Below are positions 13,680-27,049 of a stretch of DNA of 64,000 bases, one piece after another. The position numbers were made by a program, and so were the translations under genes. Under the pieces are notes generated by a model, which was not told where the DNA came from, did not search any database, and saw nothing but the letters and a program-made list of their open reading frames with translations. The stretch lies in NCBI RefSeq assembly GCF_006345805.1, contig NC_043000.1:144832001-144896000 (forward strand), given 5' to 3'. Origin of the DNA: Octopus sinensis. Lineage: Eukaryota. Numbering within the stretch: the first letter of the stretch is position 1; every line of letters starts with the position of its first letter.

Positions 13680-14064
13680 TCTCTCTATATATAAACGGCA
13701 GTTTGTCTGTGTGTGTTTCTGTGTGTCTGTTTGGTTGTACCCTCACCCTGACCACTGCTTTCAACCGATTCTGATGAAACTTGACACACACATAGCCCAA
13801 TGTCATAATTCAAAACTAACGCAGCGAAAATTTTGAAAAGTTCCCCCAGTTCTGAAAAAAATCGATAAATTCGACATGGGGTCGAGAATCAGAAACACAA
13901 ACCACAGACTGTCTAGGGGACGCAACTCGACCTTTTTTAACTCTCAAAAAAATTTACCATCATTTTTTTTTCCATTTTTTTGCTATTTTTGGGCTATAAA
14001 TCTCTAAAAATGCTTTATAGTTATTTCCCTTACAAACCTGAGCAATGCCGGGCGATACTGCTAG
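13680..14064 (+). mobile_element. Non-autonomous Helitron
   Basis: A|TC 5' end (TCTCTCTATATATAAACGGC); subterminal GC-rich hairpin-like CCTGAGCAATGCCGGG followed by CTAG|T; inserted between A and T with no TSD. Confidence 0.85.
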
Positions 14065-14417
14065 TTTGTTATAAACGTCGTTTTTCGTAAAAGAATAACT
14101 GCCTATATTTATTTAATATTATTATTTTATCTTGATGCGCTGTTGCATATATTTCATGAAGTAGTTGTATTATTTTATCTATGAGAAACAATCTGTATAC
14201 GTTGCAGTGAGATTCCTATGTGTACATAGAGAATAACTTATATGTAACTAAGATGATTCACTACAGCATCGAATTACTGTTGATATTAAAAATATTGTCA
14301 GGGCAGCGAGTTGGAGACGTGTCCTATCAACAGACGCTATGCCTTGGTTTTTCTATGGCACCTTCTAGTTATATTCTGCGTTCTGTTACTTTAAAGGGTG
14401 ATTTTACCTTTCAACAT

Positions 14418-14837
14418 TTATTTCTTCATTGCCCACAGGGGGCTAAACATAGAGAGGACAATCAAGGACAGACAAGTGGATCATGTCGATTACATCGACC
14501 CCAGTGATTAACTGGTACTGATTTAATCGACCCCGAAAGGATGAAAAGTAAAGTCGACCACAGCGGAATTTGAACTCAGAAGGTAGCGACGGACGATATA
14601 CCTATTTCTTTATTACCCGCAAGCGGCTAAACACAGAGGCGACAAACAAGGACATACATAGGTATTATTAAGTCGATTACATCGAACCCAGTGCGCATCT
14701 GGTACTTAATTTAACCATCCCCGAAAGGATGAAAGGCAGAGGCGACCTCGGCGGAATTTGAACTCAGAACGTAGCGGCAGACGAAATAACGCTAGGCATT
14801 TTGCTCGGCGTGCTAACGCTTCTGCCAGCTCACCGCC
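14418..14837 (-). mobile_element. SINE family 1, head plus two tandem bodies
   Basis: Reverse complement of the family 1 consensus; unit junction at ~14603. Confidence 0.9.
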
Positions 14838-15784
14838 TTTACCTTTCAACGTTGCCATCTTGATATTATAAAATCCAGTAAGTTAAAGAGACGGGTAAAA
14901 CTGACATTTACCTACATCAATCTTATTGGCAGAGAGCCTATATTTGAAATCGATGAAAAAAAAAAAGATAAAAAACACATTTAAGACTTAACCGTTTATC
15001 ATCAATAACGTTGTTCTTCCAACTGGTTTTTGACGTCTATCATTAATTTGTATCCTTTGTACAATTTTCATTCTTTTCGTTTATGTCTATTATTTCTAAT
15101 AGTTTTCCCAACACTAAAATTCTTTTAAACTCTTTTCTGTGATATGTTTTTGATGTGCCTGATACATACAGCTAAATTCGTGATTTTCCCTCTTTCTAGT
15201 ACACACAATTATTGCTCCTCTACTAACACTTATTGCAGTGTAAAATTTCCTGCGGGAGGATATTTCAGGATATTTAAATACTATGCTTCACTAATGCAGA
15301 TAAGATAAAAGTATCTCATGAACCATACTCAAATTACCCGTGTAAATTCTAGTAATTTACTGAAATAAAAGCGGGTTATGTTAAATATCCATTCATTGCA
15401 ATGTTTAATATCCGGTGAAATAAATTAAAATTAAAGGCGATGGTGCATTACTTTTTATCAGTGTCTATTTATTTTTGTTTGCACAAATATTTTATTTCAT
15501 CAATTTGTCAGTTGAGGAAATAATGAAATAGTGAGAGAAATGTGTACAGGATGAAACGTTGATTAGAAAAATATCTACAGAGTCTGCTTATGCTAGTATT
15601 TTCTAATTTTGATTTTAAATCAACTTCTAACACAATTTAAAAATAGTATGAATTCTATTACATTAGTGCGGCGTAATTAAAGTTAGAACAACCGCTAATT
15701 GTATGCATGATGTGTTCTTTTTCAATAGGAATTTCCAAGGGTGCGCGCATACACACAAACTCTCTCATACACATACACGAATGC

Positions 15785-16065
<281 letters not shown>

Positions 16066-16124
16066 ATACAGTTCTATATTTAAAAGATGAGGAGTACATT
16101 ATTTACAAAAGTCCAAATTGAGGG

Positions 16125-16400
16125 ATATTTGCCTGGAATCGAACAGGGAATTTTGGGTTTAATAGCGCGCGCTCTTAACCACTATGCCATATGCCCGTGG
16201 GCTTATGGCGTAGTGGTTAAGCATCGCTTGACAACCGATGCTTGTGTGTTTACGTCTTTGTAACTTAGCGGTTCGGCAAAGTGACCGACAGAATATGTAC
16301 TAGGCTTACAAAGAATAAGTCCTGAGTCGATTGAATTCTTCGACTAAAGGCTGTGCTCCAGTATGGCCACAGTGAAATTACTGAAACAAGTAAAAGAGTA
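16125..16400. mobile_element. Chimeric SINE: inverted tRNA-like heads joined to the 3' half of SINE family 2
   Basis: Minus-strand tRNA-like head 16125-16196; 23-bp inverted copy at 16199-16221; then CATCGCTTGACAACCGATG..TGACTGAAACAAG-like family 2 3' half on the plus strand. Confidence 0.7.
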
Positions 16401-16409
16401 ATATATATG

Positions 16410-16457
<48 letters not shown>

Positions 16458-16723
16458 ATATATATATATATAATATATATATATACATACATATCAGTAG
16501 AAATATATACATTTCGCTATCGTTTAGAAATCAATAACATAAGCACCAATCGTTCACTAGTGTAATTCTAATCGACTGAACCATTCCACCGAATTATGCT
16601 ACCCTGTGTCAAAGTTTCAAATTAAGGCATGCAGAGATACATACATACATATTTACATATACACACACACACACACACACACACCACACACACACACACA
16701 CACCACACACACAAACACACATA

Positions 16724-16755
<32 letters not shown>

Positions 16756-16903
16756 TGTGAAATAGAAAGATGAATAATCTTGTTGCAGATTAATCAAAAG
16801 TTTAACCGATACCTTGGTAGCAAAAATCACAGCAGAAGACAGCACGGTTGGAGGTACAACCATATGGTGTTGCAACCGTGCGTTGGTGCGGATGATTGAA
16901 TTT

Positions 16904-17292
16904 TAATATTATTAGTGAATTGAAGAAATGGAGTTGAACGAAGATGAACAGAAATCGTTTTATTGCATTCTACACGTATCGAAACACAATTTACCAAATT
17001 CGATTGAATAATGAGACCATATTGTGTCTTTATTTCAGGAAGAAATAGGAAATTCCGTTGGAAAAACCAAAACGACAGAGGCGGAGCAAAAAAGTTTCGT
17101 TGTTTTGCTCCGCCTCTGTTCTGTTTGGTTTTTTCCAACGGATTTCCTATCTTCTTGAAGAGAAAGACACAATATGGTCTCATTATTCAATCAGAATTTG
17201 GTAAATGTGCCTTTCGAAACACGTGTAGAATGCAATAACATGATTTGGTCAATCTTCGTTCAACTCATTTCTTCAATTCACTAATAATATTA
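16904..17292. repeat. ~390-bp imperfect palindrome (foldback/MITE-like)
   Basis: Arms of ~190 bp are reverse complements about a centre near 17095; mirrored ORFs 16827-17183(-) and 17011-17238(+) share the same peptide blocks. Confidence 0.9.
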
Positions 17293-17302
17293 TATATATA
17301 TG

Positions 17303-17334
<32 letters not shown>

Positions 17335-17356
17335 ATATATAATATAATATATATAT

Positions 17357-17925
17357 AATGTACAAATGTCCTCTGTTGCCTCTTCCGTTCAACGGCTGGA
17401 CCAATGGTCACGATGTTTTTCGGGACTACGAAAGAAGTAATCTGGAAGGTCTATAGCGAAAAATGTGAAAACGTAGGATTAGTTAGTGGATATTGAAGTT
17501 TGTATTAATAAATAAACTGTGATCTATTTTGTTAAAATTCCGGTGACGAGGATTGTGTCCTGTTTCCCAACACCATGTAGTTCGTCAATAGGCAGAATAT
17601 ATATATATATATATACACACACACATATATATATATATATATACGCACATAAGTTTACAAGTGTATAAATACATGCATTTGCATAAATGCATACATTCAT
17701 GTGTTTGTATCATTACGTTTATGTGTATATATGTATACATATATGTGAATGGACATACGTGCATTTATTTATCTTATGTTATGAGTATATAATTCTCACA
17801 CACACATACATGCATACACCTACACATACACACACACTCACACATACATGGTCACAAATATAATATATACAATATATGTATACATGTAGTATGTTTGTAG
17901 GTATGTATGTATGTAAGTATGATGT

Positions 17926-17983
<58 letters not shown>

Positions 17984-18549
17984 GTAAATGTCCCTCTGTT
18001 GCCTCTTTGCCGTTCAACGGCTGGACCAATGGTCACGATGTTTTTCGGGCTACTAAGAGAAGTAATCTGGAAGGTCTATAGCGAAAACATGTGAAAACGT
18101 AGGATTAGTTAGTGATATTGAATTTGTATTAATAATAAACTGTGATCTATTGTGTTTAACAATTCCGGTGACGAGGATTGTGTCCTTTCCCAACACCATG
18201 TAGTTCGTCAATAGGCAGATATATATATATATATATCCACACACAACATATATATATATATATATACGCACATAAGTTTACAAGTGTGAATACATGCATT
18301 TGCAATAAATGCATACATTCATGTGTGTATCTTACGTTATTGTATATATGTATACATATATGTGAATGGACATACCGTGCATTTATTTATCTTATGGTTA
18401 TGAGTATATAATTCTCACACACATACATGCATACACTACACATACACAACACCTCACACATACAGGTCCAAATATAAATATATACAATATATGTACAGTA
18501 TGTATGTTTTTATGTATGTATGTATGTATGTATGTAAGTATGTATGTAT
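17357..18549. repeat. ~600-bp tandem duplication
   Basis: 17357-17930 is repeated at 17981-18549; differences are mostly 1-bp indels. Confidence 0.9.
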
Positions 18550-18568
18550 AATATATATATATATATAC

Positions 18569-18603
<35 letters not shown>

Positions 18604-18646
18604 GCCCTGTGTGTGTATGTGTATATATGATGTGTGTATCATCGTA

Positions 18647-19898
18647 TTAGGTGATCCCATAAGTTCTGTTCGAATTTTGAATAAAGAAAACAAGTAGTCA
18701 AATATATACATTTGAAATAATCATCAATGTACTTTCCCTGGTTATCTATGACTCCCTTCCATTTATTTACAGGCTTTTTAATCCCATCAATATTATATAC
18801 TGGTTGCAAAGCGAAGAAGTCTGAAATGTCAATTTCGACCTCCTCCAGACTTGCGAAAGTTATCTCCCCCAAACGTTTCTGTATACTACGAACCAAATGG
18901 TAGACTGAACGAGCAAGTTCGAAAGAATAAGGTGGATGAAAATATTTTCCAGACCAAGCTCTTTGATCTTGTGTGATGTGATCTTTTCAGTGTAGGGTCA
19001 CGCATTGTCCTTTTCGATTCACGAAAGCAGGTATTTTTTCTTCAAAGCCTGACCCACCGCTCTAATTGCTGACAGTAGACTTGAGCATTGATTGTTGCAT
19101 TAGGTGGTAACAATTCAAAGTGAATTACTCCTTTGCAATCCCACCAGATAGAAAGAATAAACTTGTCCCATGAAGTTTCCTTCTCGGTTGTGGTTGAGCT
19201 TTTTTTTTCTTTTACTAAGCCATTGTTTACGACATTTAACATTTCGATATAGGATCCATTTTTATCACCAGCCACAAGTCTATCCAAAAAGCGAGAAATT
19301 AGTTCGCGAGAATGGAGAGAAGAACAGATGTCAACTCGGGACTTGCGGTTGCTTTCGGACAATTCATAAGGCACTCTTTTTCCAAATTTAAGAACGTTTC
19401 TAAGTTGCTGAAGATGTCGATGCACAGTTGCATGTTTTGAACAAAGCTTTAGTGCCAATTCTTCAACTGATAATGCCGGATTTTCTTCAAATAATGCCTG
19501 AAGGAGCTTATACTGAATCTCAACTGGACGTCCTGTTCGATCTTCAACTTCAAGGCTGAAATCTCCACTTCTGAATTTTGCAAGCCATCATCTGCAAGTT
19601 CTTCCATTCAAGCATTCTTTCCTATAAACTGTGTGTACGTTTCGGCTGCAGAGTTTCCTTTTTTTAGTCATAAAGCATTACGTGCCTCAAATGCTCTTTG
19701 GATACTTATATGTTAGAATGTTTTTTAATCAAAGAGATTTTAATTCTATTAGTTTGTAGAATAATATTTAATTATTTTAAATGTACACAAATGCATAAAA
19801 ATAATTTTTAATTCCATTAGACATCCTAAAATACTATTAAATTTCATTCAATTGTATAATCAAAAGTATAATCGGACAGAACTTATGGGATGACCTGA
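18647..19898 (-). mobile_element. Full-length but inactivated mariner (~1.25 kb)
   Basis: TIRs TTAGGTGATCCCATAAGTTCTGTTCG / CGGACAGAACTTATGGGATGACCTGA with TA on both sides; transposase motifs RVPYEL (WVPHEL), LVAGD, LSIWWDCKGVIHFELL and C-terminal KWKGVIDNQGKYIDD; frameshifted. Confidence 0.95.
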
Positions 19899-20802
19899 TA
19901 TCAATGTAAATATTTATTGGCAGGTATATATGTATGAAGGTAAATGATTTAATTTTTACTAAATATCACATTATTATAGACAGCGGAAATATACTTCCTG
20001 AGCTGTGGTGTGAGATAAGTGATACCAAATTTATCATATTATGTTTTACTCGATTCAACATTATTTGTACAAATATTTCGACTCACTATATTATTGAAAT
20101 CTATTCAATTTAGCCATGTTTTTAATTAGTGGATAAAAATAATTACTGATTTAAATAATATCTGTTTAACAGAACACATTAATTACGTGATAAAAATCTG
20201 ACTGCAAATTGAAAGTTTTCCGGTTTCTTATATGGATGTATTTCAGTCACATCCAAATATTATCTTATGACACTTGAAGCGATCAGAATATGCGAAGAAA
20301 CAGCCGAATTATTTTTATATCACTTTAAGGCAGTAAAGTAAAGAATTTATAACCTTTTCTCACAGCCTGTCATTTTCTGCGTTGAACAAAATGTGTTTCC
20401 ATTCTATTATATGCATGCCTCATTAGACATAAGTTTCAAGCCATGAATAATGTTACTATCTACAAAAATAAGTTGAAACATAATAAATAATTATGAACAT
20501 TTCCCAAGCGGTAGTATCTTTTAAATTATACGACGCATGAACTGGATTGACATGACAAACATCTATAAATAGCATATATAATAAATTTAATGATACTTAT
20601 TATTTGTATAAGAGACATCACTCCTCAAAATTTAGGGGCGCGAGCTGTTTGATTACATCCACCCGGGTGCTCAGATGTTATTTATTTCACTAGCGTCGAA
20701 GCATGGAAGGCAAGGTTGGCCTCAGTAATTTTGAACGCAGCAAAATGCGGCTAAAAATATTTCTCGCCGTGCTGTCAATTCTATTAAGCCACCTCATTCT
20801 AA

Positions 20803-21401
20803 GGCGGCGAGCTAGCAGAAACGTTAGCACGCCGGGCGAAATGCTTAGCGGTATTTCTTCTGCGTTACGTTGTGAGTTCAAATTCCGCCGAGGTCGACTT
20901 TGCCTTTCATCCTTTCGGGGTCGATAAATTAAGTACCAGTTACGCACTGGGGTCAATGTAATCGACTTAATACCTATGTCTGTCCTTGTTTGTCCCCTCT
21001 GTGTTTAGCCCCTTGTGGGTAATAAAGAAATAGGTATTTCGTCTGGCGCTACGTTCTGAGTTAAAATTCCGCCGAGGTCGACCTTTGCCTTTCATCCTTT
21101 CGGGGTCGATTAAATAAGTACCAGTTACGCACTGGGGTCGGTATAATCGACTTAATCCGTGTGTCTGTCCTTGTTTGTCCCTTTCGTGTTTAGCCCCTTG
21201 TGAGTAATAGAGAAACAGGTATTTCGTCCGTCTTTACGTTCTGAATTCAAATTCCGCCGATGTCGATTTTGCCTTTCATCATTTCGGTCTCGATAAATTA
21301 AATACCAGTTACGGACTGGGGTTGATGTAATCGACTTAATCCCTTTGTCTGTCTTTGTTTGTACCCTCTATGTTTAGCCCCCTGTAGTCAATAAAGAAAT
21401 A
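20803..21401 (+). mobile_element. SINE family 1, head plus three tandem ~185-bp bodies
   Basis: Units restart at GGTATTTCGTC at 21033 and 21218; further decayed copies flank it (about 20620-20795, 21410-21600, 21660-21800). Confidence 0.92.
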
Positions 21402-21944
21402 AGAATCATTCCAGTAACGCAAAATGCTTAGCAGAATTACGTCAGTATTTACGTTCTGAGTTCAAATTCCACCGAAGTCAACTCTACTTTCACCAACTCC
21501 GAGTAAATAAAATACATACTAGTTCAGCATTTGGGTCAACTTAATCGACATTGCCCCTCCCCTGAAATCCATGGCCTTTGCTAAAATTTGAAACCAATAG
21601 TGTTTCAATCTATTATAGGTATATTCTCTGAAATTTGGTGACAAGGTCATGTCGATTGCATCATCTACAGTATGCAAGTGCTCCTTACTTTAACGCGTCC
21701 GAAAGGATCTAAGGCAAGGTCAACCTCGGCGAAATTTGAACTCAGAACATAGAGGGATGAAATGACGCTCAGCATTTTGCCTGGCTTGCTAATGATTCTC
21801 CCAGCAATGAGAGTGGGGGAAGTCGAACCGATATGTGCAAATAAATCACTGGTTAATGTGAAAATACGCAGGCGCATGTTCCAAGGATACACACTCTCTA
21901 TGTTACTATTTCTCATTTATTACTCTCTCGGAAAATTATATTGA

Positions 21945-22125
21945 GAAATTCCAAGTCTGCTTATTGGTTTACTAAAACCAAATTCAAAATATTTCCCCTA
22001 ATTTATATGCATGGCCTCAAGATATATAGAAAAAACAATGAGACATACCTGTATTCCCTAATCCAAACAGTGAGAGAATTCAGTAAAGATATTGGAATAG
22101 AGTTTGGGATAGATCATACAGGAAA
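21945..22125 (+). mobile_element. Decayed R4-like RT fragment
   Basis: IFPLIYMHGLKIYRKNNETYLYSLIQTVREFSKDIGIEFGID aligns by eye with ISHLLYMDDLKLYA..LLKTVHGFTKEIDMKFGLEK of the element at 36-40 kb. Confidence 0.75.
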
Positions 22126-22169
22126 GAACTCTACTTACCACATCTCTTTTTCGTGCTGATTAGAGTCAG

Positions 22170-22350
22170 TTTATTCTTTCATTTGCTTTAGTGACTTGAC
22201 TGCGGCCGTGCTGGAGCACCAACTTTAGTCGAGCAAATCGATCCCAGGACTTATACTTTGTAAGCCTAGTTCGTATTATATCGGTTTATTTTGCCGAACT
22301 GACAGCTTACGCTGATGTAAATGTACCAGCAATTCTTTCAAGCGATGCTG
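22170..22350 (-). mobile_element. SINE family 2, 3' half
   Basis: TGACTGCGGCCGTGCTGGAGCAC..CCCAGGACTTAT matches the copies at 44.0 and 58.3 kb. Confidence 0.85.
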
Positions 22351-22803
22351 GGTAGCACGGACACAGACACGCAAACATACACACACACAACACACACACA
22401 CTCACACACACACATACTGCTGCAAATATTTTCCAAAACCCTCTAAGTGATTGAACATAGTCTCCAACAATGTTTACATAACCACCTAAATTGTTCCTGT
22501 TCAATGCCCTGTTCAAACATCATTGGATCGATCAATTCAGGCGTGAGGATGGAATTACAACGATTGCTGTGTTTGGTTAAGGGTTCATAGTCATAAGAGG
22601 GCGTCATCTTGATAATCAGCCTAGATAATAATCATACAAGTAAGCCTTTACCAATATTTAAGCAGCTTCCATTTTTTTCATGGCAGGTAATATTATCTGA
22701 AATACAACTTTAAAATTCATGCCTTATCACGCCGTTGTCTGTTTCACAAATATATCAACCTCTTCTTGAAAAGTGGAGACCTATCACCCCGTATATCTCT
22801 AGG

Positions 22804-22845
<42 letters not shown>

Positions 22846-22912
22846 GGGGGTGTATGTGTCTGTCTGTCTGTGTGTCTGTGTCTGTGTGTGTGTGTGCACG
22901 CAGGAATGGCGT

Positions 22913-23075
22913 AGGTACAGGAGTGGTGGCATGGTGAGTAGCTTGCTTACCAACCACATAGTTCAAGGTTAAGTCCCACTGCCTGGCATCTTAGTGCAAT
23001 ATGTTATACTGTAGCCTCGGGACTTCTGGGGGGTTTTGGTAGGCGAAACTGAAAGAAGCCCTTCGTATGTACATA
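22913..23075 (+). mobile_element. SINE family 2, 5' half
   Basis: GGTACAGGAGTGG..AGTAGCTTGCTTACCAACCAC..GTCCCACTG head matches 63615 onward. Confidence 0.8.
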
Positions 23076-23126
23076 TAAATACACCCCCACAGACACACAC
23101 ATATATACACATATACGCACACATAC

Positions 23127-23245
<119 letters not shown>

Positions 23246-23280
23246 TATATATAATATATATATTATATATATATATATAT

Positions 23281-23394
23281 TGGCCTGCTCGCTTAGCCAG
23301 CGGGGTGGCGTCGTTCGAAGGCTAAAACAATGCAAACGCATTATGACCAGCGATGTTTGGCAACATCTGATGGCCTGGTCGGTCACGTGATCAC

Positions 23395-23397
<3 letters not shown>
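23281..23397 (+). mobile_element. SINE family 3, 3' part
   Basis: TGGCCTGCTCGCTTAGCCAGCGGGGTGGCG..GGTCACGTGATC matches 26230-26346. Confidence 0.85.
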
Positions 23398-23426
<29 letters not shown>

Positions 23427-23473
23427 CATACATATATACATATATACATGCACACACACACACATATATGTAT

Positions 23474-23519
<46 letters not shown>

Positions 23520-24727
23520 TTCGTGTGTATGTGTGTGCGCGCGTGTGTGTGTGTTTGTTATTTTGCTCGTACAAACAAACGTTCACTCTCGCGTGCGTGT
23601 GTTCCAAAATCTAGTCATTATGTGACAAGCACTAAATTCACCTTCACTCACTCGTAAATATCGACGCCCCCCTTCCAAATCATCGAAATATAATCAAGCA
23701 CTCCAAAATATACACCGAATCGCAACATATTCGTGCAGTTACACAGCTCCTTAGCCGAAAGAACTACAAGCACATATGAGTATATTGACACATATGTGGG
23801 TTTGAATTTTCTGTTCATATGCACGTATGTAAGAATATATGGATGTATGTGTATATGTATGCATATACGTGAAGGGATAAAGCTGCAAGTGAGAGCTTTC
23901 TTGGAATGCATTGTCAAAAATTCTATAAAGGTGCTCAAGAACCAAGCGTGTAGTGTCTCACTACAATCTCAAGCTTGTAGTGCACACGTACATATTAAAC
24001 AGCCCAAATGATTAACGCAATTTTCATATGGCCTTGAATAACATGCAGCGATATTTTATGCTGTCACGTCAATTGCTATTTTATGATTAGACTTAGTATC
24101 GCATATCCTTTTCCTATGTTCCTCTGTTCTTGATGAAGCTCACGTTCCTGATTTCAGTGTTCCAAGAGACCTGTTAATTTAACAAAAGTTTACTCAAAAT
24201 TATTGCGGCACAGAGAAAATTTTACATTGGTGTTAATATTCTTTGAGCAAGAGTAAGTTAACTAGTAATATAATATTCTAACTGAATTAATTATGGTCAA
24301 TTTCAAATATTATTTTACTTCGTTCAGTAAGTACAACTTTGATCTACTCTTAAATACGCAACAATGTACTTGTTGACGTAGAAATCTAGAATTCTTTATT
24401 CAAAAGTTAGTTCAAATACGCTTTTGTTATGAGTAACAATAGTTTAATTTGTATTAACATATTTAATACAAGAAACTAAAAACCTAAGTAGAGATAATTA
24501 TGTCGCGGAGAACAATATCGGACATCCATTGTTACAATTTTAATTAAGTTTTTAATTTTTTTCAATACATTTTGAAACATTACAACTCAATGGATCATTA
24601 TTATTAATTTCTGTTTAATGATATTAAGATTTATAATGCTTCAGAAATTTATTCTATTAAAACTTCTTAACATTTCATAAAGTGGGTTTATTATATTTTC
24701 TTAAGATTGTGCGTTATCATATTCATA

Positions 24728-25325
24728 GGGCGGCGAGCTGGCAGAAACGTTAGCACGCCGGGCGAAATGCTTAGCGGTATTTCGTCTGCCTATACGTTCT
24801 GAGTTCAATTTCCGACGAGGTCGATGTTGCCTTTCATCCTTTCGGGGTCGATAAATTAAGTACCAGTTACGCACTGGGGTCGATGTAGTCGACTTAATCC
24901 GTTTGTCTGTCCTTGTTTGTCCTCTCTGTGTTTAGCCCCTTGTGGGTAGTAAAGAAATAGGTATTTCGTCTGTCATTACGTTCTGAGTTCAAATTCCACC
25001 GACGTCGACTTTGCCTTTCATCCTTTCGGGATCGATTAAATAAGTGCCTGTTACGCACTGGAGTCGATATAATCGACTTAATCCGTTTGTCTCTCCTTGT
25101 TTGTCATCTCTGTGTTTAGCTACTTGTGGGTAGTAAAGAAATAGGTATTTCATCTGCCGTTATGTTGTGAGTTCAAATTCCGCCGAGATGGTCTTTGCCT
25201 TTCATCCTTTTGGGGTCGATTAAACAAGTACCAATTATGCAGCTGGTTTGATGTAATCGACTTAATCCCTTTTTCTAACCTTGCTTGTCCCCTTTATGTT
25301 TAGTGCTCTATGGGCAATAAAGAAA
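24728..25325 (+). mobile_element. SINE family 1, head plus three tandem bodies
   Basis: Units restart at GGTATTT at 24960 and 25144; older decayed copies follow to ~25960. Confidence 0.92.
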
Positions 25326-26012
25326 GAAATATTTGAACCATGAAGAAGGTGACTTCGGGATTCGGATAAGAGCACTCAGATGGTATCTGAAGAGTATGTG
25401 TTCCGGTACCCTATCCATATTCTCGCAATTTTTAAGGTGAGCTAGCAAAGTCGTTTGTATTCCGGGCAAAATGCTTTGTGACATCTCGTACGTCTCTGCG
25501 TTCTGAGTTCAAATTCCGCCGTGATCGCCTTTACCTTTCATTCTTTCGGGGTCGATAAAATCAGTACTTAATCGCTGTCTTTGTGTCAAACATTGAAACC
25601 GCTATTTCATCCGTGGCGTATCGGCATTTCATCCGGCTTTACGTTCTGTGTTCAAATTCCACCGAAATCGATTTTGCCTTTTCATACTTTCGCAGTCGAT
25701 GAAATAAGAGCCAGTTAAACATCATGATCGATGTGAACGACTAGCAAACTCCACCAAAATCTTTGGCTCTGTACCAAAATTTGAAACCAATATTTTAAAT
25801 GTGTGGAAAGCGATGACCTGACATATTAGTCTGCACGCCGCGCAAAATGTTTTGCGGTAATTTGTCTGAACGTTCTGAGTTCAACTGCCACTGACGTCGA
25901 CTTTCGTTTTCATCCCTGAGGAATGAATAGAACAAGTACCAGGTGAGGACTGGTGCCGATATCATTTATTAAATTCCTCCCCAGGAAACACACACACACA
26001 TATATATATATA

Positions 26013-26045
<33 letters not shown>

Positions 26046-26047
<2 letters not shown>

Positions 26048-26346
26048 AGCCGCAATGGCCCAGTGGTTAGGGCGGCGGACTCGCAGTCATAGGATCGCGG
26101 TTTCAATTCCCAGACCGGGCGTTGTGAGTGTTTATTGAGCGAATTGAGCGAAAACACATAAAAACTCCACGACGCTCCGGCAGGGGGTGGTGATGTCTGC
26201 TGTACTCTTTCACCACTCTTTCTTCTGTTGGCCTGCTCACTTAGCTAGCGGGGTGGCGTCATTTAAAGGCTAAATCAATGCGAACGCATTGTGACAAGCG
26301 ATGTGTAACGACATCTGATGGTCTGGTCGGTCACGTGATCACGTGA
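26046..26346 (+). mobile_element. tRNA-derived SINE family 3
   Basis: A box TGGCCCAGTGG and B-box-like GGTTTCAATTCC; head shared with 46371-46746. Confidence 0.88.
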
Positions 26347-26384
26347 CAATGAGCTTCTTTATATATATATATATATATACATAT

Positions 26385-26900
26385 AAAAGGGAACACAAGC
26401 GCAGTAGAGGAAAATAAAACATTCAGACAAATAGACGATACAATGGTGGACAGGAGAAACAACAATAAGAAGGCCAGGGGATAAAAAAAAGACAGGTCAT
26501 ACGTGGCCTTCTTTCTTCATTCAAGTTACTAGATGTCCTTACTGTTTCGGGAAGTTACACTTGAGACATTTCGATCTGGCTACCTCCAGAAATGTCTCAA
26601 CAAGCGAATGTGTACGGCAACAAAGACAAAAAACGGAGAACATGATACACAATTACTAATACAAACAAGAATATAACAACAGGTGTCTTTCGACTGAGAA
26701 CGTATCAAATTGAGCTGGCGTATATGAAGTGAAAGCCTAAAGGCAGAAATATAGGTGGACATAAGATGTGTTGGCGGCCGGCAGTCAAGCCAAGAAAGAG
26801 AGATTATGGTTGGCTGGACACCGTTCACGTGGAAGCAGGAGAGAGGGGTAGAGGGAAGCGAGATTGAAGGATTAGAAAAAATCAAAGCGACAAAAGGAAA
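26385..26900. mobile_element. Probable Penelope-like terminal remnant with internal hairpin
   Basis: Minus-strand CCCGAAACAGTAAGGAC (hammerhead 3'-half-like) beside a perfect 12-bp stem TTGAGACATTTC/GAAATGTCTCAA (~26561-26600); family assignment is inference. Confidence 0.35.
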
Positions 26901-26993
26901 GGTACAGTGAAGATAAACGAGGAGGAAAACTGGGAGCTAAATAAAGAGAGGGCCAAAAATGTGTGAGAGAGAGAAGAGAGGAACGAGAAAAAG

Positions 26994-27049
<56 letters not shown>

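Noticed and set aside
26046-26120. tRNA gene
   Set aside because: A/B boxes are present, but the sequence continues into a multicopy SINE body and no full cloverleaf is evident.
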